NCBI GenBank assembly: GCA_043228905.1
Contig: JBHGNT010000007.1
Span: 3,968,001 to 4,032,000, forward strand
DNA length: 64,000 nucleotides
From: Azolla caroliniana
Taxonomy: Eukaryota > Plantae > Polypodiophyta
Direction of reading: 5' to 3'
A program made the position numbers and the translations under genes. A model generated the notes under the pieces. The model ran no database searches. It was not told the origin of the DNA and worked only from the letters and a program-made list of their open reading frames with translations. Numbering within the stretch: position 1 is the first letter of the stretch; every line of letters starts with the position of its first letter. This document shows positions 24,063 through 38,084 of this stretch, piece after piece.

Positions 24063-26094
24063 CCATTCACATGTTTGAACACAAAAATCCGATCTCACAC
24101 GAGCCAACTATGAAGATTTTCATTAACTCACGCGCTCTTGTCTACGCCCTCCTCAACTTTGCTTTTCTCTTCATGTCTCTCGACCTGAGATCGAAAATCC
24201 TTATTTTTCAATTCAATATTATAGGTTACATCGTTGGCTTCTATTTGCCTGTTTGAACACAAAATCCCGATATCACACGAGCGAGGTATGAACATTCTCA
24301 TTTACTCACACGCTCTTGTCTACGCCCTCCTCAACTTTGCTTTTCTCTTCATTTCTCTCCCCCTTAGTTCGAAAATCTTCAATTTTCACTTCCATATTAT
24401 AGGGTGCATTGTTAGCCTCTATTCGCATGTTTGAATACATAAATCCGATATCACACGAGCCAGGTATGAACATTCTCATTTAGTCACACGCTCTAGTCTA
24501 CGCCCTCCTCAACTTTGCTTTTCTTTTGATTTCTCTCGACCGGAGTTTCAAAATCTTGCTTTTCCAATTTCCCATCATAGCGTGCATAGTTAGCTTCCAT
24601 TCACATGTTTGAACACAAAAATCCGATCTCACACGAGCCAACTATGAAGATTTTCATTAACTCACGCGCTCTTGTCTACGCCCTCCTCAACTTTGCTTTT
24701 CTCTTCATGTCTCTCGACCTGAGATCGAAAATCCTTATTTTTCAATTCAATATTATAGGTTACATCGTTGGCTTCTATTTGCCTGTTTGAACACAAAATC
24801 CCGATATCACACGAGCGAGGTATGAACATTCTCATTTACTCACCCGTTGTTGTCTACAACCTCCTCAAAATTGATTTTCTCTTTATGTATCTCGACCTGA
24901 CATAAAAAATCGTCATTTTTCAATTCCATATTATAGGGTGCATCATTAGCTTCCATTTGCATGTTTGAATACATAAATCCGATATCACACGAGCCAGGTA
25001 TGAACATTCTCATTTACTCACACGCTCTAGTCTACGCCCTCCTCAACTTTGCTTTTTTATTTGGGTTTCTGGACCTGAGTTCGAAAATCTTGATGTTTCA
25101 ATTCCATATGATAGGGTGCATCGTTAGCTTCCATTCACATGTTTGGACACAAAAATCCGATATCACACGAGCCACGTATGAACATTTTCATTTACTCACG
25201 TGCTCTTGTTTACACCCTCCGCAACTTTGCTTTTTTCTTCACGTCTCTCGACCTGAGTTCCAAAATTCTTTATTTTTCAATTCTATACTATAGGGTGCAT
25301 CGTTATCTTCCATTCGCATGTTTGAACACAAAATTTCGATATCACACGAGCCAGGTATGAACATTCTCATTTACTCACCCGTTGTTGTCTACGACCTCCT
25401 CAACATTGCTTTTCTCTTTATGTATCTCGACCTGACGTCAAAAATCGTCATTTTTCAATTCCATATTATAGGGTGCATTGTTAGCTTCCATTTGCCTGTT
25501 TGAACACAAAATTGCGATATCACACGAGCCAGGTATGAACATTCTCATTTACTCACACGGTCTAGTCTACGCCCTCCTTAACTTTGCTTTTCTTTTGAAT
25601 TCTCTCGATCGGAGTTTCAAAATCTTTCTTTTTCAATTTCACATTATAGCGTGCATCGTTAGCTTCCATTCACATGTTTGAACACAAAAATCCGATATCA
25701 CACGAGCCAGGTATGAAGATTTTCATTAACTCACGCGCTCTTGTCTACGGAGTCGACTCAAAGCTGACCCGAAGACCAATGACTAGTTTGAACCGACCAT
25801 CCGATGACCGGATGTTGCGTTTGAAGGGGCATGTTGAGAATCAAACTCAACTTCCCTAGTGTGGGAACACACTTTAGTATACTTAAGTGTGTGAACACCA
25901 CACCTCCTAGTATAGTAACTAGTGTGTCATAGAACTTTAAGTTCTATGACATGTATATTTAATAGGTAGTTAAGTCTCCACCTCTTTTCCAAGCGGCGGT
26001 TGTAGTGAGAGAACAAAGAGAGAAGGTGACTACATAAGCACCGTCTCCTCCTCCTTGTAACTGTTGGTTCATTCTTGCTTCTTGTGTTCTCTCA

Positions 26095-26126
<32 letters not shown>

Positions 26127-26931
26127 TATCTATTCCGCTGCACATAATCACTCTCGATTCTTCACAATATATATATATATATGCATGGTTAGATGTGGGT
26201 TATACCAATCTAACTCGACTATTTATCAGGTTAGATCCTTATAACAGAGTTAGAATATATGGGTTAGAAATACGGGTTAGATGGAGATAGCTTGGTTAGA
26301 ATATACTTATTGCATATGTTCACGAGGTTAGAATACATTAATTGAGTTAGAGATAACATGCCTATTAGGCCTAACAATCGACAACGGTTCGGTTCGGTTT
26401 GAGAGGATCCAAACCGAACCATTTAAAATTTTTGAAACCTGAACCAAACCAAACCAAACCGCGAAACTATTAAATTGTTTTCAAACCATAAAAACTGCGG
26501 TTTCGCGTTTCGGTTTTGGTTTTCAACATAGGTCTAATTTTTAATTTTTTAAAATTTTTAATATTTCATTATTTAAAATTTTTAAGATGTTCCTAAAATG
26601 TGAGAATAAGGTGTAAAAAAAAAAGATTATATATTATAAGAGATGATGATAACAGATTATATATTATAAGAAGAGTAAGTACAAAAGGGCTATGAGGCTA
26701 AAGACTAGCGTTGAACCAATTTGGTTCAACATAATGCCTAGTGCCCTCTTTTATAGTGTTCTCAGGAGTAATCCTGAAGCTTCTAGAATGTTCCAGAGAA
26801 ATCTGGAATATACATTGATTTCCTATAACAAAATTTAAATGAAAATAATATCCTACATATTACAATAGATGATATAATAGTCAAGAGCTCGACCCATATA
26901 ACCTAAGGTCATGGGTTCGAGTCTTGCCATA

Positions 26932-28185
26932 TCATGACACTATCCCCCCTTTAAAACGACGAGTGTCACGAGTCGTTTTGGATGGAGGACCCGGTTTGTG
27001 TGGATATTGCCGATGGAAGTCTTCAAGAAGCGCACGAGCATTGGTCACATTCTCGATCGGTTCCCAAGTACGTTCGTTAGGACTATAGCCTAGCCAATCG
27101 ACTAGATAGTAGAGCTTGTTGCGAACAATCTTGGAATCAAGGATGGCGGCAACCTCGTACTCCGGTCCATCTTCAAGCTCGATCGGGGGTGGAGGTTGTA
27201 TAATACGCCTTGGGATGGTGCTCTCGTGATAGGGTTCAAGGAGAGAATTATGAAACACCGGATGTATCCGAAGTTGAGGAGGTAGATCGAGACGAAAAGC
27301 GACATCATTAATCTTCCCGATAATACGGAAAGGACCTAATCGCCGATAATCCAACTTCTCACATGGGTGAGTAGTCTTGATGTGTCGTCGTAGCAGTCAC
27401 ACCCGATCTCCAATGTTAAAACTAGATGGAAGTCGATGACGATCCGCGTAGACCTTGTGTGTTTGTTGAGCTTGCTGGAGACGAGTACATAAATCTGCTT
27501 GTATCTTGCGTAACTGCTCCAAACGATCCTCCGCGCAAGGATTTATGGACACCTCTGGGGTTTCAAGTACACTCCACCGAGGGTGACATCCCATATAAGC
27601 ATAAAATGGCGAAACTTTAGTCCATGATGCCGACATACTTCACGCATGACAACTTCGACGGTGTCTTCACTTGAGATTTCCTTAGTACATGGCAAGAAAT
27701 GAGCCATCTTCGTATATCGATCTACCATTGTTAGAATCGCATTCAACCCCTTAGAGACTGGAAGATCTGTGATGAAGTCGAGAGCAATGGATTGCCATGG
27801 CTTGCTTAGAATTGGTAATGGTTCTAATAAACCATAGGGATGATGCCTCAGCATTTTTGCTCTGCAGCATGTATTACAAGTCCGAACAAAATCTTCGACA
27901 AATTGTTGCATACGGGGCCACCAGAATGATCGTTGTACTAAATCTAATGTTTTAGTACTACCAAAATGCCCAACTGTATATCTGTCATGACAGTTTTGTA
28001 CTACTCGAAGGCGGCAAGAACCATTAGGAACATACAAAAGTTCTTTAAAGAAGAGTAATCCATCATGGTATTTGAATTGCCGATAGTCCGTACCTGGTGG
28101 TTGTGATTGTGAACACAATGCTCGAGAGGGATCAATCTGTGCTAGTATAGCTTGGGCGAAAGCATCTATCTTCAGGTCCGCACGT
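26932..28185 (-). pseudogene. Chromovirus integrase + chromodomain (with deletion/frameshifts)
   Basis: ORFs 27543-28262, 27397-27636, 26932-27354. Confidence 0.88.
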
Positions 28186-31100
28186 TGTCGTGAAGAAAAC
28201 CGTCCACAAGCGGAATCGGTGCACCGGAGCGTAGGAACCGGCTCTTCTTGCACGTTGTACATAGGAGAGAATGTTGTACATAGAAGATCCTAGGTAGGTA
28301 GAATCGGTAGGTAGGGAGTTAATAGGAAACGACTCCCTTTTTGCCTATAAGAGGAGGGAGACGAGGAGGAGAAAGGGGATCGCGGAGAGTCGAGGACGAA
28401 GTGCTGTCGGTTTGCGTGCGAAGGCTTCTCTCTCTCTCTCTAGTTCACAAACTCCATAGCTTCCATCTGTGCAGGTTTCGGGAGGCTCGCGCTGCTCTGA
28501 GGAATGCCCGAGTGCTTCCGGCAGCACCTCCAACCTGCTCTTGTCTTTCTGTGCGTTTACGAACAAGCATCGGCATCTGTTCGCCGGCCTGTTCGGTTGT
28601 AACCGACTTCGTGTTTTTTTGCTTCCGTGTTCTTGTTGTTGTCTTTGTTAATACATACATACATTCGTGTCTCTCTGTGTCGCTGTCCCACTCGCTTCTT
28701 TGTGTCGAAGGGCCGTGTCCCTGTGAATCTACTCTCGCACGTAGTGGGTCTCTTCTCCTTTCTCTCTTGCTCTTTGGTACAGGACCCCCGAGGTCCCGCC
28801 TCATTCCACGCATCCACGAGGATTACCTCGACATCTTTGGTGAACCCGACGTGAAGGAGGCGGTAGAAGAGTAGAAGATGAAAGGGTCGGATCTTGCAGA
28901 GGCCATGGCTTCGGCAGTGGATCGGATATTGAGTGCACGCGAGGGCACCGGCGCCCTCGACAGAGCCATTGAGGCGGTCGTCGGTACGATCGGCCGGTTT
29001 AGCGGAAAGGATGCCACGAAGTATCTGGCGTCCTACGGGGCAGAAATGCTAATGCGGGACATTCCGGAAGACAGGCGTCTTGCCGGGTTTCCTCGAGTGG
29101 CGATGCCGAGCATCCATGCGGAGGTGCTCGAGGTGCGGGCGGAGAGCCGAACCTGGGAGGAGTTCGAAGGCCGACTCCTAGAAAAATACGGGCTGGACGA
29201 CGCGCTCCGACTTTCGAAACGAGACTTCATGGAATGGGTGGAGTCCCCCAGCAAGGGAAGAAACGCGTCGGCACTCCTCCGGGAGTTCGAAGAACGCTTT
29301 GCGCGCCTTTCAGCGCTTGACCGAACCATTCTAGATACGAGCCGGGTCCTACTGTTCGTCAAGTCGGTGGACGAGCGGGACCGGGATCAAGTCGGCTCCT
29401 TGCGGTTAAGAGAGTCTGTGGCCGTTTCGACAAACGGCGAGAATGGGCTGATAACGGGGCGGCCGGTGCGGGGTCTGTCACAGCAAGGAGGCTTGAATCG
29501 GCACCGCAAGGGAAAAGGGAAGAAACCCGGGAATGGCTCGAAACCGGCCCGACTTCGACCGGCATGGTCAGTGGCTCGTCCGGAGGAGCAGCGCTGGAGG
29601 AGTTGACGCGGGCGATAAAGGATCTCCAGATCGCCCAGACTCGAAGGGAAGGCGGCGAACCGGCTCGTGATCGACGGCCGGCAACAGGGAACAGGTGCAT
29701 GTGGTGCGACGAGGTCGGCCACATCCGGAAGGACTGCGGTGATTTCGCAGAAGCGTTGAGGAACCGGGTGGTGTACCTGTGGGAAGGCCGGGTGCACGCC
29801 GGCGACACCAGGAGGGCCCTTAACCGAAACGACGGGCGAGGAGGAATGAAGAGACTGATGGAAGAGGCAGCGGCCCGACACGTGGAGGCCATCCACTACT
29901 CGGCGTCGGCCGGTATTTGGGTCGGGGGCAGCGAGGCTCAAAAGGAGAGCAAGGACGGGTTTTGGTCGGCAATGCTGGAAGGCCTTGCCGGCGTACGACT
30001 AAGGAAAGATGAAACGGACCGCGCTGAGAGACGGGTTCGGGAAATAACCGGGTGGAGCAATCCGGTCGAGGAGAAGACGGGCTTCGTAGAAGCCGCCTGC
30101 CGGAACTACGAGGCTCTGGTAGAAGACAAACGAGTGGGGAAAGCCGGAGCGGCCGGGCCCTCACAACGGTACGAGACCCGATTCGGGCAACGACGGAACG
30201 ATGTCGGTGGGTCCAGCTCGTAAGATAACCCCAGGAAGGGCGGATACCGACTGGGGACGGAAATAGAAAGGACTACGGACCTACGGAAGGTCCTAGAAGA
30301 ACGGATCCTCGACAGCAAAGTGGAGCTGTCATTGTGAGAGGTGCTAGGGATCGCAAAGAAGGATTTCCACGACTCCATTGTGGACCTGGTGAAACGGAAG
30401 AGGCTGTCGACGGAGACGGAGCCGGGAAGACCGGTGGAGGTGCGGACGACGCACATCGACGACATGGCGCTGGAAGATGAGTGGACGGAGAGCCACTATT
30501 CGAGGTCACACTGGGCCCGAGCGACCACGGAGACCCCGGTAAAGATCGGAGATGTTCAGGAACCGGTGGTGGCGTTGGTGGACCACGGTTCGGAAATAAA
30601 CCTAATGTCCATGGACTTCTATAAGAAGGGAAAGTGGCCGATCAACACCAGGCACGGGTGGAAGATACGGGCGGCGATGCGCACCACCGAGGAACTGCAC
30701 GGGGCCTGCCCGAATGTGCGAGTGAAGATCGGCGACGTCGAGATTGACCAACACTTCTTCGTACAGGAGACGTCCTCGCATCCGGTCATATTAGGGGAAC
30801 CATACATCACGGCGGCGAGAATGGAGACCAAGGTGCTAGACAACGGTTCGGCCTACGCGAGGGTCAAAAGCCAGGACGGGCGCCATTCGGTCCAATTTCT
30901 GACGGTGCGACCGAACCACGAGCGAAACCGCGAATCCCTCGGTGGCGAGAACCGGGAGGATTTTTAGAGAGGGCTGCCAAGGCGTGGGGCCGAGACAGTC
31001 CGGACACTCGGGAAAGACCCCATGATTGTACGATAGGTAGGAGATTTTGCTTCTCCGACAACGGAGGGTGTATGATAGTCGGCATCATTGGCTGAGAAAA

Positions 31101-34100
31101 GACAAGGGCGGAAGTGCGACTTCGAGCGTGCGGAGTTCTCGGCCCGAACGAGGAAATCAGCGGGGCCGTGGAGGCGGTCTCCTTCGACGACACCTTGGGG
31201 ATGCTGAGGAAGGTAGCCGGAGAAGACCTTAACGAAGACCGGACGATACCGGTATGTTCCGAAGAGATGTACGAAGTCATCGCGAACTTCAGTCGGGGGC
31301 TCGGGTCGGATCGGACGGCCTGGGTTAGCACGAAGTATAAGACTGTGGACCGGAAGGTAAGGCCAGTCGCGGCACCCTTACCGGAGGATAGCGAATCCCG
31401 AATCAGAGGGGTTGCGTCGGACCCCAGTTTACGAGATCCGGTCTGCATAGGGCACACCTTCACCGACGGGACGCTACGGGAGCTCAAGATCGGTGGGGGC
31501 GGGTTCCTGCTGCCGGCGGAGGAAGACCGGTTTCGGAGGATGCTCGGAAGGCACGGGAAAGCCTTCGCATTCTCACCGGAAGAGATAGGGTGCGTAGACC
31601 CGACGATCGTGGAGCCGATGGTGATATTCACGGTACCGCATGTGCTGTGGAATCTCAAGCCGATTCCGGTACCGAGAGCTCACATCCCAAAGTTGATGGA
31701 GCTATTGAGGCAGAAAGTAGAATGGGCATTCTTGAACCGTCGAGTGCCCCATACTCGAACCGATGGTTTACCGTACCGAAGAAAAACGGAACATTGCGCT
31801 TCATTCAAGACCTGCAGCCGGTCAACAGAGTGACCATTCGGAACACAGGAATCGGACCGACCATAGACGAGTTCGCAGAGGCCTTCGCCGGAAGGTCGAT
31901 TTACTCGGTCGGTGATCTGTACTCAGGGTACGACCAGTTCCAGCTAACCGTGGAGAGCAGAGACATTACGACGATGCGAATTCCCCTCGGCCTGGTGCGA
32001 ATGTGTACCCTGCCACAAGGAGGGACCAACTCGGTAGCCCACATGGTGAATGCAATGAACAAGGTACTGAGGGATTGCATCCCGGACATCACCATGCCGT
32101 TTCTAGACGACATCCCGATCAAGGGGTGCCCGGTGGAGGAGAAGGACGAGACAGTCGGGCCGGACGGATGCCGGCGATTCGTGGCGACACACATCAACGA
32201 CTGCGAGAAGGTGCTACAAAGGCTAGAGGATGCGAGGCTCACCTTCTTCGGGGAGAAATCGGCCTTCGGGCAATCGGAAATCCTAGTGGTCGGACACCTA
32301 TGTGGACCTTATGGCCGGAAGCCGTCTCCGGCAAAGGTAGAAGCCATCTCCGCGATGAAGACCGATTATAGCTCGGTTACGGAAGTTCGGAGGTTCCTGG
32401 GGGCATGCGCGTTCTACCACATATGGATCCCGCATTACGCCCATGTTGCGGAGCCGCTATACGGGTTGCTGAAGAAAGGGCGAAAATTCGAATGGCGAGA
32501 CGAGCACACGGAGTCGGTCCGGAAGCTGAAGGAAGCTCTTGCGGCAACACCGGCGCTCCGAAAGGCTGTCTACGAGAAGGGTACCCCGGTATACATAACG
32601 GTGGATACGAGTCCGACCGGGATCGGATGGGTTGTCAACCAAGAAGACGGGGACGACATTCGGTTCCCGATCCAATTCGGCGCGAAGGTCCTCAGTGAGC
32701 AACAGCGAGGGTACACCCAGGTTAAACGCGAACTCTGGGGTATCGTTTCGACAGTAAAGGCCGACAAAGACTACCTGATCGGGACAGAAGTGATTATCGA
32801 GACGGATTGCCTGCCAATTCTCGGCATGGTTTCCGGATGCGCGACACTGGACCTGGCGATGCTTAGGTGGATAGCGTACATCAAGTCCCTGGACCCGGAA
32901 ATACGGCACATTTACAGAAAGGACAACGCCATGTCCCTGGATGGTAGATCTGGTGACGATGCCGATGGGCGTAGGACAGATGCGGTATCTGGTCCTGGCT
33001 CGGGAAGATCTGACGAACTAGGTGGAAGGCCGAGCCCTTCAGAACAAAACGACCGCGGCCGTATGTCGGTTCCTGATCGAGGACGTGATATGCCGGTACG
33101 GGTGTGTCGGGAAGATCGTGGCTGATCGCGGGGAGTTGGACGCCGAAGAGGCCGAGGAGCTGTTCGACTGGCTAGGAGTCAAGCTCTCGCTTACCACTGC
33201 GTACAATCCGGAGGCGAATGGGAAGGTGGAGCGCGGACACGGACCGATCGTCAAGGCATTAGTTCGGGCATGCGGAGGGCAAGTCGGGAACTGGCCACGG
33301 CTGCGACCTTACGCGTTGTGGGTTGACCGTACTACGCACAGTTCGGTAACCGGATTCATGCTGGCAGAGCTCATGTTCGGGCAGAAGCCGATCATGCCGA
33401 TGGAACGAACGATCTCCTCATGGGCAACCGTGGACTGGAGAGACGAGATGAGCCGAGAGGAACTGTTGACAGCGCGCATACGGCAGCTCGAGCGAAGACC
33501 GGAGGACGTGGAGCAGGCTGCGGAAAAGCTTCGGGTGGCAAGGACGAGGAACAAGGTCCGATTCGACCGAACGCACCGGCTCCGACCAAAGAAAATCGAG
33601 GAAGGCGACTGGGTGTTAGTCTACGACAGCAGCCTCGACAACCAACACCGAGCGACACGGAAGTTCGCAAGAAGGTGGTTCGGGCCTTACGTGGTACAAA
33701 GCGCCAACGACAACGGGACGTACCATCTGGCGGAACTCGACGGTACGAGAATGGCGATACCGGTAGCTGGGAAGCGGATCAAAGCGTTCAAGAAGCGTCA
33801 CGACGACGAGCCGGATCCGGTTGGCCTGGACCGCGACGACAAACGATCCGAAACCGAGGAAGAACCGACGGGCGGGGAATGAAGGCTGGACCGGTTTTCT
33901 CCGTCCCGACTCAATTTGGCGCATGCCGGTGGATGCGCGGTTAGGTGGGGGCAGATGTCGTGAAGAAAACCGTCCACAAGCGGAATCGGTGCACCGGAGC
34001 GTAGGAACCGGCTCTTCTTGCACGTTGTACATAGGAGAGAATGTTGTACATAGAAGATCCTAGGTAGGTAGAATCGGTAGGTAGGGAGTTAATAGGAAAC

Positions 34101-34603
34101 GGCTCCCTTTTTGCCTATAAGAGGAGGGAGACGAGGAGGAGAAAGGGGATCGCGGAGAGTCGAGGACGAAGTGTTGTCGGTTTGCGTGCGAAGTCTTCTC
34201 TCTCTCTCTCTAGTTCACAAACTCCATAGCTTCCATCTGTGCAGGTTTCGGGAGGCTCGCGCTGCTCTGAGGAATGCCCGAGTGCTTCCGGCAGCACCTC
34301 CAACCTGCTCCTATCTTTCTGTGCGTTTACGAACAGGCATCGGCATCTGTTCGCCGGCCTGTTCGGTTGTAACCGACTTCGTGTTTTGTTGCTTCCGTGT
34401 TCTTGTTGTTGTCTTTGTTAATACATACATACATTCGTGTCTCTCTATGTCGCTGTCCCACTCGCTTCTTTGTGTCGAAGGGCCGTGTCCCTGTGAATCT
34501 ACTCTCGCACGTAGTGGGTCTCTTCTCCTTTCTCTCTTGCTCTTTGGTACAGGACCCCCGAGGTCCCGCCTCATTCCACGCATCCGCGAGGATTACCTCG
34601 ACA
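28186..34603 (+). mobile_element. Nested non-chromo gypsy LTR retrotransposon, tRNA-Trp PBS, 4-bp TSD
   Basis: 648-bp LTRs at 28186-28833 and 33956-34603, ACGT TSD, PBS TGGTGAACCCGACGTGA. gag (CMWCDEVGHIRKDC), PR (LVDHGSE), RT (FLDD), RH and INT with stops and internal deletions (~29400, ~32935). Confidence 0.95.
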
Positions 34604-36661
34604 ACGTATGATATTGATAACGTGGGAATCCATGGGCATGCCAAAAACCTGTGTTGCTTGCAGTCGTGCCGGTTCCAAGATTACTTGCTTTTGGTTATCA
34701 AAAGCTGGCTCACCGAGACGCGGTGTTAGATACGAACGCCGTGATAATACATCTGCCTTCCCTTGGTGCTTCCCCGGACGATATGTAATTTTGAAGTCGA
34801 AACGCGTGAGGAAGTGGGCCCATCGAGCTTGACGTCGATTTAACACTCGAGCATCCTGAAAGTAGGCAAGGTTTTTATGATCATTGAATACGACGACTTG
34901 ATGAGAGGACCCCTCTAAAAAATGCCTCCATTGCATAAACGAGTCCACTATTGCCAATAGCTCCTTATCATGAATTTCGTAATTGATTTCGGCGGCGTCA
35001 AACTTGCGTGAGTGAAAAGCCACAGGATGTAGCTTCTCATCATTCCCTTGTTGTGACAGAATGCTCCCCAATGCGAAATCCGATGCGTCAACTTCGATAA
35101 TGAATGGTAGTTCCGGATCGACATGAGCTAGAATTGGAGCCGATGTGAATACCTTTTTAAGACTCTCGAAAGCCATATCTGCTTCTTCAGACCAAACGAA
35201 CGATTGTCTCTTCCTGGTAAGCTGTGTGAGAGGCAGAACGAGCTTTGAGTAATCTTGTATAAACTTCCGGTAAAAATTGGCAAACCATAAAAAGCATTGC
35301 ACATCCCGCACCGAGCGCGGAACCTGCCATTCTACCACCATCTTGACCTTAGCTGGGTTCATGGAGATGCCTTCTGAGGAAATGACGTAGCCGAGAAATT
35401 CCACCTGGTTGCACCCAAAACTACATTTTTCTAGCTTTGCGTAAAGGCCATGTTCTCGAAGTCGTTTTAGTACTAACAGTACATGAGAATCATGCTCTTC
35501 TTCGGTCTTTGAATAAACCAGTAGATCATCCAAGTAGATAATCAGACACACATCCAAGAGATCTCGGAATATATCATTTTCCATGTGCTGGAAGACGGCT
35601 GGCGCATTAGTGAGGCCGAACGGCATGACCGTATACTCGAAGTGCCCATATCTAGTGCGGAATGCGGTCTTCCATTCATCTCCTAGTCGGATCCGTACGA
35701 GGTTATAGGCCCCCCGTAAGTCGATCTTTGTGAAGAACCTGGCACCATTGATCCGTTCTAAAAGACTTGAGATAAGGGGAAGTGCATATCTATTGCGGAT
35801 TGTAACTTTATTCAAGCCACGGTAGTCTACCACCAAACGAAGTGAGCCATCCTTTTTCTTGACGAAGAAAATGGGTGCGCCGGCTGGAGATTTCGAATGT
35901 CGAATGAATCCATTCTCCAAGTTCTCCTCTATATAGGCTCGAAGGACTTCTAGCTCGGTTGGTGACAAATTGTAGATCGGTCCCCATGGTGGCTCTTTCC
36001 CCAGTTGTAAATCGATGGGGCAATCATATGGTCGATGGTGAGGAAGTGTATTGGCTCGTACTTTATCGAATACATCGGCATAATGATGATACTTCTTTGG
36101 AAGTTGAACGGTGGACTCCTCTTTAATTGTGTCGGAGGGTTTTAGTGATATTGCGAAGAGAAACATTTCTTCCTTGCATCCTTCTTCCCGCAACTAATGT
36201 AGTGAAATGGTGGCAATCTTCTGAGTAGATCCTCGGGTTTGTCGACACTGGATTTCTCTTGTTCTCCAATCTATGTCTGGGTTATGTAACTCGAACCATG
36301 GTAATCCCAAAACGATGGGATGTTCTGGGATACTAATAATGTTAAATGATACTACACATGCTAAGTTATCTAGGACAATATTAACGGGTTCTGACTCTTC
36401 TATGATATTTTCGGAAGCAATGGGACGACCATCAATGACGACTACAGAGGCTGGACACGGAAGTTTTCTAAGAGATATCTGATGAGCTTGGGCAAAATTC
36501 CTATCCATAAAGCAAGAATTAGCTCCGGAGTCTAGAAGTGCTAAGACGTGTACTGGAGGGGTACTTTTAGTACTAACTGTTACTTGGGCTACGAACACAT
36601 TGCTAACATGCTTAGAGGGAATGGAACCACTAATGGGTTGCACATATCTAGGGCTATCCAA
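34604..36661 (-). pseudogene. Chromovirus pol (PR-RT-RH), N-terminal part
   Basis: ORFs 36194-36661 and 34571-36193; the frame continues at 28185 after the nested insertion. Confidence 0.88.
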
Positions 36662-38034
36662 CCAAACGGCTCCTATTTTGGCTGGACTTAGTCATTTAAC
36701 TCTTCTTCTAACTGACTAAGGACATCAAATTTGTTCGCTAGATCTAGGCTATTAGTACTATTAGTACTATCAGATATCCCTACTGTAATAGGCTCAGGTT
36801 TAGTACAATTAGAACTAACAACTATTTGGTTTACCTGTCTTCTTGGCCTATGGGGACAATTGATTGCAATGTGTCCTGGTCCACCGCAGTAGAGACATAG
36901 TCGATTTGTTCGGCGTCGCTACTTTTCTTCTTCGGATAATGGTCCTCGACGACGTGTAGTGTCAATCTCCATCGGAGTCGGAGTATTCACTAGAGGCGCA
37001 TTATAGTACTCCCTGGATAAAGGTTTTGCTACCATTGAGGCGTAGGTGGGTTCTGATCTTGCTCTCAGCATTTGTAGCTGTCGTTCCGAACGTCGCTCAA
37101 AGAGGCGGTTATCACATCTTACCGCGCGACTGATTGCTTCTGTTAAGGACTTTGGCTCTTCAGGGAAAGTCAAGAGTAAATCCTTGACATCGTTGCGTAA
37201 ACCATAACGAAATTGCTCCATCAGCGCTTGATCATCCCAAGGGATGTTAGCGGCAAGTAGACGGAAATCTGCAGCATATACAGAGGCTGGACGGTCTCCT
37301 TGGCGTAATCGCCGGATTTTGTTGATTGCGTTCCTCATGCTGTCAGTATCCCCAAAGCATGCTTTAAACTCACCTATAAACTCTTCAAAGTTGTTGAGTA
37401 ATGGAGATTCCTTTTCCAACAGTGGAGTGAACCATGCCAACGTTGAGCCACTTAACAGCGTCCCTACTAAACCCACTCGCGATGCATTGGTGGGATATCG
37501 GGAAGGATGCATTTGAATAACTAATCGTACCTGATTAAGGAACCCTTTAAATTGCGATCGTGTTCCATCGAACTTCATGGGAAGGCCAATCTTGGGTTCC
37601 TTATGAATCCCTTGTGTTCCAGGGCCTTGTTGTTGCATCGCTACGATGGTTGCTTCGAGTTGTTGCACGCGTAATGCAAGTTCCCCATGTTGTTGTTGGG
37701 TTTGCTGCTTTTCTAAGGAGATTTGTTGAAGATCCCCCAGCAACCGTTGATTTTCTTGTTCCAAAGCAAGGAACTTCTCTTTTAGGCATTAAAACTCCGA
37801 GAAAACAGATTGATATTCCTGTGCACTAACTGTGGCCATGGGATGAAAAGAAAAGAGAAATAAGAGATTAGTATGAAGGGATAGAGACAGAAGGAAAATT
37901 GGTTCAAACTGTCAGGAATAGTACTAAACAGAGATAGGATTAGTACTAAACAGAGAGAGAATTAGTACTAGAGAAGGGAAGTACTATTAGAACTAAGGGG
38001 ACGGGACTGCATAAGACTCCCGAGAGAGGAAGAG

Positions 38035-38084
<50 letters not shown>

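Larger units (their letters stand above)
13597..25749. repeat. 178-bp satellite array (~38 monomers net), interrupted by a copia element
   Basis: TGTTTGAACACAAAAATCCGATATCACACGAGCC recurs at 178/179-bp spacing (e.g. 24605, 24961, 25139, 25318, 25674). Confidence 0.95.
10016..26166 (+). mobile_element. Decayed Ty1/copia retrotransposon (gag knuckle-PR-INT-RT-RH, 3' UTR split by the satellite, 3' LTR 25832-26166)
   Basis: Fragmented ORFs with LWHKRI, YYVTFIDDFSR, IYVDDL and ARTKHIEVHYHF. 94-bp internal duplication at 12056/12150. UTR resumes at 25750; PPT GAAGGGGCA then TGTTGAG...TTCACA. Confidence 0.9.

Noticed and set aside
13783-25859. Many ~61-74 aa MFEHKNPISHEP ORFs
   Set aside because: Artefacts of the 178-bp satellite monomer.
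26380-26530. AAACCGAACC/CGGTTCGGTT cluster as a MITE or hAT end
   Set aside because: No TIR pair or TSD could be defined.
19341-34729. Numerous overlapping antisense or alternate-frame ORFs, including LTR ORFs
   Set aside because: Shadows of GC-rich retroelement sequence with no recognisable domains.
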